DNA of 64,000 bases from Camelus ferus (lineage: Eukaryota): NCBI RefSeq assembly GCF_009834535.1, contig NC_045696.1:2482001-2546000 (forward strand), written 5' to 3'. Positions 25,601-44,620 of this stretch are shown piece after piece. The notes under the pieces were generated by a model that saw only the letters and a list, made by a program, of their open reading frames with translations, was not told where the DNA came from and ran no database searches. The position numbers and the translations under genes are program-made. Each line of letters starts with the position of its first letter. Position 1 is the stretch's first letter.

Positions 25601-26935
25601 TGTTATACCCTCAGCCTTCCCTTAGAAGATGTTTTATTTTTTGGTGAGGCGTAAAGGCCTGTGAGGTCAGCAGAGATACCGAGGGAAATTGCCCCTCGCT
25701 GCCCCCTTCATCCTCTCCCCTTCTGGCGAGTGGAGACCAGGCTGCAGGCCCTCGGTCCTGAAGGACACAGGTCCCCGCTCTACTGCTGTTCTGCAGCTCT
25801 GGGGAAAGCCAGGCGGCAGACAAATTACCCAGGCCACCGTACCTGCAGGGTCCAGTCTCGCCAGGGGGTGATGTCCTCGCCCACTGCTGATACCGCCTGT
25901 TGGCCCTCTGGGAAGGGGCCGACCACCCCTCCAAGGGACAGAGCCCTTTCGTTGTCTGCATAGAGAGCATCTGAACGGACCCTAGTCAAAGGACCTTTCT
26001 TGAGGTGTTGTTAACTGGGTCTCCCAAAACTCTCGTCCCAGAGGACCTCAGTGAGTGGACGTCATTTCCACCTAGACCTCCAGCCATTCCAGAAATCAGC
26101 CCACTGGGCCTTTTTCCCTCTCTCCATCCTTCTGGGTTCCTTCATTAAAGTGGGTTCCCTTAAAAAGGGCTCAGAACTGCTTCCAGACATCAGCTGGCTC
26201 CCGACCTTCAGGCCTGATGGAGAATGGGCAGCGCGGGCCGGACCGCTCTGTCGGCCCACCTTGGGTGGGGCAACGCAAGGATGCGAGGGCAGAGGAAACA
26301 GCCCGCCCAGCCGTGGGGGCTCGCAGCAGCTGCGCAGCCCCCACGCCCCTCTGACGCGGGGCGGGGGGCAGGTTACACAGGTGCTGACCAGGCTACCTGT
26401 GTTTACGTACCTAACTTACTAGACAACTGAGATTCGTACAGAGCACGAGTGATCAAAGGTGGTCTGCCCAGGTCCTCGACATGCGCAGTGCCGTACTCTC
26501 GGAGGGTCCCTGGTGGTTGGCGGCTCCTCTCTGGGACGGGGGAGCTGGCTTGCGGTCACCTGCACCCCGCATGGCCCTGTTCTGCGAGTCTATGAGGGCT
26601 CCGGAGCCCCACCTGATACTCCCCTAAAAGAGGCTCCAAGGCAGACGGAAACTGCATGAGACCAGGACCTTGATAATGGGGACCCTCCAAAAAGAACGCA
26701 GCCGCAGCTGCGCTGCACTTCTGCGGGTTTCGGAACCGCGCTACAACCAAGCCTGTTGGGAGGGTGCGGGAAGAGGCGAACACGCGCCAAGGCAGCCATG
26801 CGCGCCTGCAGGAGGGAAGCCCGTGCCCGGGGACGCAAGGGTTAAGTCGTCCGCAGCGCCCGCGGCGTCCGGTAGGGGGCGCGCGCCGGCGGGAACGCGG
26901 GCGCCGGCGGGCGGGCCTCGGGCTGCCGGCGCCCC

Positions 26936-27080
26936 TGACGTCACCGCCTCGCGGTCGCCATGGCGACGGCCTCATCAGCTCGCGCGTCAGAGCCGCCAGT
27001 CTCTTGGCAACGGCCCGATCTCCCGCTCTCCCTCCGCCTGGCACTCGGCCGCGCGTCGCTCTGGCGTCAAAACGACGTCA
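26936..27080. promoter_or_regulatory. cAMP-response element cluster
   Basis: Perfect TGACGTCA 26936-26943; CGTCA 26985-26989; TGGCGTCA 27062-27069; CGACGTCA 27073-27080. SIK1 is an established CREB/CRTC-induced gene. Confidence 0.85.
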
Positions 27081-27199
27081 ATGGGGATGTATCAATCCGG
27101 CGGCGGCGGCGGCGTGGGCGGGGCCTCCGTGGGCGGAGCCGCGTGTGTAGGCGTGTCTGGGGGCGGGCCGGGGCGGGGCCGCGGGCGGGGCGGGCGGCG

Positions 27200-27363
27200 C
27201 GTGCGGCAGGAGAGCGCGGCGCGGGGCTCAGAACTGACATGCGGCGCGGCCCGGGCGGCGGGCGGCTGAGCAGCTGGGGGCCGGGCAGCGCGAGCGGCCG
27301 AGCGGGCGGCGGGGCCCGCGGGGCGAGCGGCGTTCCAGCCTCGGCGCTCAGAGGGCGGCGGAG
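27200..27363 (+). other. SIK1: SIK1 non-coding exon 1 (5' start approximate)
   Basis: Strong donor GAG|GTGAGG at 27363/27364 downstream of the GC boxes. It pairs with the acceptor cccgcag|G at 27718/27719, 15 nt before the ATG. The TSS cannot be fixed from sequence. Confidence 0.7.
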
Positions 27364-27367
27364 GTGA

Positions 27368-36528
<9,161 letters not shown>

Positions 36529-38410
36529 GGGCCCTGGTGGGCCAGCCGACTTCCTGAAGCAATAATTTCAGAGGATGTGAAGACGTTCCCGGACTCAAAG
36601 CCAATAAGTTTCTAGAAGCAAAACAAGCAATACGATTGGTGTTTTGGCTTTTTAGTTTTTTTGTTTTATGTTTTCCTTGCACTGGGCAACTGCAACTCTG
36701 AGTAGGGACTGGAAACTTTCTGAAGAAAACTAATAATCCAGGGACGCGTTGCTGGGGCAGGAGGACGGGGCGGGATGGGGCGGCGGGGCACAGCCGGCCG
36801 TGCAGCCCGGGCCCCCGGTGTGAGCCGCGTCCGTGCACGCGGGTAAGCGCATCCCCGTCGCGTGTGCGTGTGTGTGCGTGTCGATGAGTAGTGTTTTGGG
36901 GTAAGAGTTCTCCACTTCTGAAACATTTATGCTTCACTTGAAAACTGTGAACTTTCTCCTTTACGTATCGGGGTTTGAAAAGCTCTAACGTCCAGCCCAA
37001 GAGACAGTAACCTACAAGTTCTTGGAATTCTCTCCCCTGAAATCACAACCTGGAGGATGGTTTTTTCTTAATTTGGAAGAGACAGTTTATCAACCGCTCG
37101 GGAGCTGGTTTCCAGGATTCTTCGGAGGGGGCTGCAAAGGAGAGAGAGCCTGAGTGGGTGGGGTGACCACGAAGCTTGGCCCCAGGGCGCCTTGGAGGAA
37201 GCCGGAGAAGTTCCTTCCTCCTGCACCTCTTACTTCTGCTGCTAATTAAGTTTTTATGCATTTCATTATCAGGGTCCAAAAAGAACAACTGATGGGGGGT
37301 GGGGGGGTAGGGTGTCGTGCAATACAGCGATTCCGTGACGGTGGGGTGGGGCGGGGCCAGGAGGGGCCTCAGGCCAGTGGTGACTGGGGGACGCCCACCT
37401 TGTCCAGCCTGCGCTTGGTGGGCTTTTCGTTCTAGGAAATGAGAGGGGAGGTCAGTGCTATTCAAGCTTTGTTCCTTTTTTAAAGCAAATACTGTACATG
37501 TGTATAAATAGGAGACAGACGTACACTACTTATTTTTTATATTTTTTACTACATTTTTGTGTTGCTGGTTTGAATTGTCCCCTCTGGTAACGTGACAAAG
37601 CGCTGGCACTGGTCTGCGTGGAGGTGGGGCTGGGAGGAGGGAGGCGTGGGGTGTGCCCACCTGGCAGGTGGACTCAGATGGTGGCTCGGTCAGCGTCTGA
37701 GAAGAAGATCTGCCCCTCCCCCGCCGAACCCAGGTAGGTGCCTTCCACCCCTTCGGCTCCTGAGACCCTCAGTATTAGGCAGAGGTGATGCTGCCCGAGC
37801 AGGTGGCATCTGTAGAAGCCAAAGATTGCCGAGCTCCCCAGGGTGGGGAGGCCCCCACCCTCCTCCTGCCGGCCCTGCCGCCCCTGCTCTGTGGCTCTTT
37901 CCAGGGACAGCACGCTCTGTGGCGCCGGCCGCAGAGAAGCCACCTCAGCCTCCTGTCGCTCGCAGGGAAGGTGTGGGCCGGGTGTGCACAGGGGCCTCGG
38001 GCCCTGGCCTCGGCCTTCAGCTCCGCGGAGGCACCGTCCACCCCGCAGCCGCCTCCCCCTTTAATGAATCTCTGTTCTAACGCCGTCGATCAAAGGCCTC
38101 AACCGTGGCAAGCACTTTACTCTCAGCTGATTTCTCTCGCCGTTGGTCGCGTTCCGTGTTGTGTCCGGCATGTGCAATGCGCGTGCTGGAGGTTTCTCGG
38201 CAGCGTGTCCTGCAGACTGAACGCAGGAGCCTGTTCGAAGGCACTGCGAGGTCTGATTAAGATGTACATAGTTTGGGATTTTCTTTTTCTTTTTCTTTTT
38301 TTTACCATAACTGAATTATTTCTTATGTTAACATGAGAAATGTATGCCAAATGATTAGTGGATGTATGTTTTTTAATTTAATATTTAAATAAAATGTTTG
38401 GGGAAGAAAC
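36529..38410 (+). other. SIK1: SIK1 3'UTR (end approximate)
   Basis: Lies between the stop codon and the first AATAAA, which sits in a U/A-rich terminal block; contains U-rich tracts and many miRNA seed matches. Confidence 0.8.
38388..38393 (+). terminator. SIK1: Polyadenylation signal AATAAA of SIK1
   Basis: AATAAA preceded by U-rich sequence and UGUA motifs (tgtatg). Confidence 0.8.
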
Positions 38411-38899
38411 CTTGACCCCTCCCCTCTGTTCTCCATGAGAGCACCTTTCTTCCAGCCTCTTCCTCCAGGTCCGTTGAGTGTCAGGTACCTGCTCCCGTTC
38501 AGCCCCTAAGCCACAGGCACAAGCCCCTTGCCCGGCAGGAGCAGCGGGCGCTCAGTGGTCGGGACCTGGGCAGGGGTGGTGGGCGGGGGGCAGTGGAGCT
38601 CAGACCCCTCCCCAGGCAGCAGGGCCTGCTAATCCACTGACGTCTTAACACCAGGTCTGTTTTCAGCTGGTCCTTCCCCTCCTAGGGCACCGCTCACTCT
38701 TCCCTCTCCCCTGAGAATGTTCTCCGAATCCACCTGTGTTAAATCCAGGCTTGGGAAGACTCTCACAGCCAAACTATTTCCTGGTCTTTTAGAGTTGGCT
38801 TCACCATCTTCTAGCAATAGGGCAGGCTTGGCTCCGAAAAGAACAGAGTTCCCTTCATTCGGAATCCTGCCAAGTATTTTTTGGTAAAAAACTTTCTTT

Positions 38900-39610
38900 A
38901 ACATCTTCACTCCCATCAGGATGGTCATTATCAAAAAAAAAAAAACAAAAAACATAAACTGTTTGCAAGGATGCAGAAATTGGAACCCTGTGCCTTGCTC
39001 GTGGGAAAGTACAGTGGTGCAGCTGCTGTGGGAAACAGTACTGCAGGTCCTTAAAAGGTTAACCAGTCACCATATGATCCAGCAATCCCACTTCTGGGCC
39101 AAGACCCAAAAGAACTGAAGGCAGGCTCTCACACAGATACCTGTGCACCTGTGTTCATAGCAGCATATTCACTATAGTCCAGTCGTCAAAGCAGCCCAGT
39201 GTCCATCGGTGGATGGATGGACAAACAAAATGTGGTCCAGCCACAGGATGGAATATTATTCCGCCTTAAAAAGGAAGGATGTTCTGACACGGGCTGAAAC
39301 ACGGACGAACCTGGAGGACGTTGTGTTCAGTAACATAAGGCAGACACAGAAGGACAAACACTGCGTCCACTTACATGCGGTCCCTGGAAGAGTCAGACAG
39401 GCAGAAAGCAGGAGGGTCAGGGCCGGGGCCAGGGGAGGTGGGGAGAGTGAGTGACTGATGGGGGCAGAGTGTCAGTTTGGGAGAGACAGAAAATTCTGGA
39501 GATGGATGGTAGTGATGGGTGCACAGCAATGTGAATGTCCTCAGTGCCACTGAAATGTTCACTTAAAAATGGTAAATTTTATAAGTATTGAACCAAAGTG
39601 AAAAGAAAAA
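38900..39610 (+). mobile_element. L1MB-like LINE-1 3' end (ORF2 C-terminus and 3'UTR)
   Basis: ccatatgatccagcaatcccacttctggg, gttcatagcagca, atggaatattattccgccttaaaaaggaagga (translates MEYYSALKRK), ggagatggatggtagtgatggg...cacttaaaaatggt. Confidence 0.9.
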
Positions 39611-42199
39611 GGATTGTTTGAGGGAGAGATGCTGATACAGAGGACCTTCCTCCTGGAGAGCAGGCTCCGGGTGAGGGGTCAGCACAGCCAGGCTGCTATG
39701 GGGGGTGAGATCTGCGGGGGTCCCATGGAAGCTCAGAATTTTGCACACCCCCCAGGAATGTCAGTGTGTGCTGCTTAAACTCCAGGGCCCTTCGGATGGC
39801 CTATGCACGGTGGCCTCTTTTGTAGCCTGTGGGTTCTGAGAGGCTGGGGTCCTCACGCCCGTTGGAAGGAGTTCCCCAGCAAATGGCTCCTTGCTTTCTG
39901 GGGCATCTTGGCGGCTTTGAGGGCACGCTGAAGAACAATTTTGGCATCTTAAATCGGGAGCTGTGGTTCACCGTAATGAGACTGGCTTCCATCAGGAGGG
40001 TGGGTCAGACGTGCCCCAAGGGCAGCTCAGCAACCCCAAGTGACTGCCCCTGCTTGGGCTTGGAGCTGGCTCTGTGTTCCTGGCGCCTCCGTTTCCACCC
40101 ACCCCCACCAGGAGGGGGAGGGGCCAGCCCGGCCGCAGAACCCCGTGGCTTTGCTCTCTAGAAGACCAAGGGGAAGCTCAGTTTACTGCTGCGGACGGAG
40201 GGTCTTGTAAACCAGGCAGGACGCAAGCAAAACGTGTCTGGACCTCCGGCCACACTCAGCTTCTGTGCTAGCGTCGTGGTAATAACTAGACGTGCGTGTG
40301 CTGTCTCCTCAACCAGGTGCTCAGCACCTCCTGGGGCCCCGCCTCGCGTCTGAATCCAGCGGACCCCCGAGCGGGCGGGCACGCGACGGCCCTCGCAAGC
40401 AGCCGTGGGCTGAACAAGCCCCTGGTCTCTCCCTGGCCGGTCCTCTGAGCTGAGCTGTGGGTGCTGCCACCATGCTGACGACGATGATTATTAAATAGCT
40501 TCCTGAGATTCCCGAGTTGGAAATTGGAGTCCGCCCAGGGAGCCTCGCAGAGACCTCGGAACAATGACCCGGCCTCACAGATGCGCTCAGGAACCCCCTC
40601 TACCCGCCCCACCGCCGAGGAGCAGGAGGCCAGTGGCCGTGGGTTTCGGTGAGGCCCGCAGGGTGTTGAGGGTCCCGACAGCTTCGCTGGGGACCAGCCC
40701 ACCTTCTCCCGCGTCTCTCGAGGTGTTGGTGCTGTAGAGGTGCCCGTTCCCGGTGGGGGTGGGGGTGGGGGGCCCAGCCGGCCTCTGGCACATCCTGCAG
40801 CACGTGGTCGCACCTCTGAGCAATGGGCGCGCAGGGGTTCTGAGATTTTCTCCCTCCCCCTCCTCTGGCCGGGATCCAGGTGTAGCCCAGAGCGCTGGCT
40901 GCTGCAGACCCGGCGGCTGCCGAGTCCTTCCTGACGCAGGTGTGGCTGAGCCGGGGGGCCCGACACCAGGGGAGAACCAGCGGAGGCCTCAGAGGGTGGC
41001 CTGGGCTGCTGGACACACTGGGGCCTGCCCCTGCTCGGCAGCTCTGGTGCCAGGGTCGGCTCCCCTGGGTTCAGGACGGAGAACCTCATGATGCGGTCTC
41101 CTTCGGGTGGGTGAGCGCTCGCTGCCTCCGGCACCACTTAGCACGGCTGGGCCCTGCGACCAGAAGGCACGTGTCCACCAGGGGAGAAAGGCCAGTGGAC
41201 CTGGTGGCTCGGGCTCGGCCCTGGTCTCCACTCTGCTGTTGACAATGCTGACTCCTGCGTCGAGAGGAGACATCGCCCTAAAGGGCTCTGGGTGCCAGCG
41301 GTGTGCCTCTGGTGCCCAGGGCTGGGGGCGCCTTCGCAGCTGGGCCACGGGGCAGTGCGCTGGAGCCCAGGGCGGGGCAGGGACTGCGGACGCGGGGACA
41401 CAGAGTGTGGGGGCTCCAGGCTGGGGGTGAGGGGCCGCCCCACTCAGAGGTGGGAACCGAATCTGACCTAAGAGGAACCGCCGGCTTGGAGAGGTTGGGG
41501 GAGGAAGTGGGTTGGCCGATTAGCTTTCCTTCCAGAACGATACCAGGGCATTTCAGATGAGCACAGGGTGAACTCAGCCATCTGTGGCATGACCTCTGAC
41601 CCCAGGGGTGGCCCTGAAGAGGGTACGTGGGGTGGACGTTTCTGTAAGGGCCCACCTGAAGTTTCCCAGGCCTGGCTCGGGGGGCTACCGTCTGTGGTGA
41701 GAGCAGAGGGCAGATTGCGAGGCTGGGAGGGCAGTGGGGGTGGGGCGGGGGCTGGGGCGGGGGAGGGAGAACAAGAGTGAGCAGGTTCAGTCCCTCCCCT
41801 TAAGCGGGACCCCTGGGGCTCAGTCCGACTCACTCCTCTTTCATCATCATCGTTTCATTTATTTGAAGGTGATTTCCGTAAAAAATAGAAACCTCATTCA
41901 GGAGGCTGAGGTGACAGAGCTCTGCCCCCGTGTCTCTGAGGGGCCCCGGGCTGAGATGAAGTCATGGGCTGCAGGCCAGCCCCGCTTCCCAGCAGGCTTT
42001 GGGGGTTTTGGTCAAACCTGAGGGGAAGGCATCTTCCCTCCTTCACTGAGTGTGTCCTCTTCCAGTGGCAAGAGGTTGAGTGAGAAGCCGGGGGCTCCCC
42101 ATCCCACTGGGTTGAGGTTTGAAGACTGGGGTGGGGTGGGGGTGGGCCCAGGGGACGCAGTCCCCCAGAACCAGTCAGCTGGGACTGACACACAGTGAA

Positions 42200-44620
42200 A
42201 AGCCTGTCACAGCGTTCAGTGCGCTCGGACAAGGCGCAGACGGTATGGCCACCACCGACATCAGAACACACATGTCTACATCAGAGGGCCCCCAGGCCCT
42301 GGGGAGACACCCCGCTCTCCCGGCCCCAGGCAGCCTTTGGCCTGCCCTCAGGCCCTGTGGCTTAGTTTGCATTTTCTAGAATTTCCCCTGAACAGGGTCA
42401 CACAGCATGTGTTCTCCGTTCGCCTGGCAGAATTCCGTGCAGGTCCGTCCAGGAGTTGTGGGTGCCACGAGTTCGGCCCTTTCACTGCTGGGCGAGCGTG
42501 CCCCACGGCGTGGGCTGACCAGGGGTGTTCCTGCACTCACCTGTCCGTGGACGCTCGGGCTGGTCCCAGTTTGGGGCTATTACAAATGCTGCTGCTGTGA
42601 GTATTTGTGTGTGAGTGTCTACGTGGACGCGTTTTGTTTCTCTTGGGTGACGGGTGGAAGCGACGGCTGCACTGACTGAATGACAGCTACTGACTTTGCA
42701 GGAAGCTGCCAAGCTGTCACCCAGAGTGGCCTCCCTGATGCACGCCCCGGCCTCGGTGTCTGAGCGCTCCGGTTGCTCTGCAGCCTGGCCAGCACATGCT
42801 AGTGTCGGTCTTTACAATCTAAGCCGTTCTGATAAGCCTGTTCTTCTGATTTTGTTTTGCCTTTTCCCGATGACTTGTGAGTTTAACGTCTTTTTACGTG
42901 CTTATTGGCCATTCTATTTTTCAAGTCTGAGTTCCTGCCAATTTTTAATGAGGTTGTTTGAATTCTTTTTATTAAGTTGTAGGAGTTCTTTACATATTCT
43001 GCAAATAAGTGTTGCCATACGCACATTGAGATGTATGTATATCTACGCACATACACACACACGCATATACATACGTAGGTTTGTCTACTCTCACATACAC
43101 AGAGTAGTTCCCTGTCTGTGGCTTGCCTTTCATTTGAAGAGTGGAGTTGAAGGTTTTAATTTTCATGAAGTCCACCTTAGCATTTTATCTTTTCTGGTCA
43201 GTGCTTTTTGTGTCCTGTCTAAGAAATCTGTCTGCCCCAATGCTGAGAAGTTCCTCCTCCTAGAGGTTTTATATAATCAGCTCTTCTTTCTACATCTGTG
43301 ATCCACTTTGAGATGCTGTTTGCCTGTGATTTGGGATGGCAGTTGAAGTGTATTTTTCCTTTCTGGTTATCTGGTTCCAGGACCATCTATTGAAAAGGCT
43401 CTCCTTTGCCCCGCTGAATTAATTGATCACATGTGTCGGAAACTAAGTGACTACAAATGTGAGAACCTACTTCTGGACTCCGTGCTGTGGATCTGCATGT
43501 CTGTCCGGTGGCAAGGCCACATTGCCCTGGTTATTTTTATTATTACAGCTTAAGTCTTGATAAAATTGGGTAATATAAATCTTCTGATTTTATTCTTTTT
43601 TCTCTAAATTACTTGTGCTTTTCTGGGTCCTTCACATTTCCATATACATTTTAGAATCAGCCTGTCAATTGCTATAAATTGTATCAAATCTGTCTTGTGT
43701 GTGTGTAGGACCGGTATCACTTCCTCCTTAAGTACCTGATGGAGTTCACTGGTGAGGCGTCTGGGGCAGGGGCTGCTTTGCGGGGGGCTTTAAGTTACAA
43801 GTTCAGCATCACGCATGGGTCTAGAGCTGTGCAGCGTTTCTGCCCCATGTCTGAGCGAGCCTGGGGGGCTCACATCTTTCAGGACTCTCGTCTCTTCCGG
43901 TGGAGTCATCAGCTCTATTTCTCCAAAGTCTGTATTGGTCTCTTGGCATCAGCCGACTGTCTGGCGGCGCTGCGGCGACGCCTCCCGCTTCCCTGAGCCT
44001 TGCCTTGGGGGCTAGCGTGTGGCTCCTCTCGGTGAGTGCTCCGTGTGCTCTGAGAAGAGCGCGCGTTCTGCTCTGGTCGGGTGGAAAGTGCTGTAAACAC
44101 CAGGCGGGTCGGGGCGGGTGACGCCGCGGCCAGAGTCTTCGGCATCCTGCTGGTTTTCCGTCTTCTTTTCTGTTTGCCCTAAGAGGGGAGTGTTGAGACC
44201 CCGAGTGACGCGTGTCGTCTGTCTGATTCTTCAGCTCTCCCGGCTTTACCGTCATGTGCTCTGAAGCTCTCTCTCACCAGGTGTGTACACTTCTGGGATT
44301 GCTGTGTCTTGGTGAGTGGGCCGTCCCTCGTCATCTCGCTCACCCTCCTTGTTCTGAGGTCTCCTTTGACACTGCCATCCTAGCTTCCTTGGCTTGGTGG
44401 GTGCGTGCTAAACTTCCACCATTTCTACTCTTGGCCAGTCTTTATGTCAAAGTGGGTTCTTGTAGACGGCATGGTTGGGTCCCTGGACTTCCATCCAGCC
44501 CGCTTGTCCCTGCTTCTTAGCAGTGCATTTGGCCCATTTAGCATTGACTGTAACCAGCGGCGAAGTGCGTACCAGGCTGCCGTCCCGCTCCGCATTCCAG
44601 GTCGTCTCGCCTCTCGGCCC
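42200..44620 (-). mobile_element. Long degraded LINE-1 (L1M) remnant(s)
   Basis: Antisense L1 landmarks: ccagtttggggctattacaaat, gcttattggccatt, taagttgtaggagttctttacatattctg, ccatatacattttagaatcagcctgtcaat, gagttcactggtgaggcgtctgg, aagtgggttcttgtagacggcat. Confidence 0.8.

Noticed and set aside
1..26600. Hundreds of 60-250 aa ORFs upstream of SIK1, including a search for a neighbouring gene such as HSF2BP
   Set aside because: They are P/G/R/A/W-rich, overlap in all six frames, often start at non-ATG codons and show no recognisable domain; this is expected from stop-codon scarcity in GC-rich DNA. No HSF2BP-like peptide was seen.
38921..39454. ORFs with L1 ORF2-like peptides (MEYYSALKRK)
   Set aside because: Frameshifted fragments of a dead LINE-1, not a gene.
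42696..43301. 201-aa hydrophobic ORF resembling a membrane protein
   Set aside because: It is the translation of T-rich antisense L1 sequence (F/L/S-rich), a well-known artefact.
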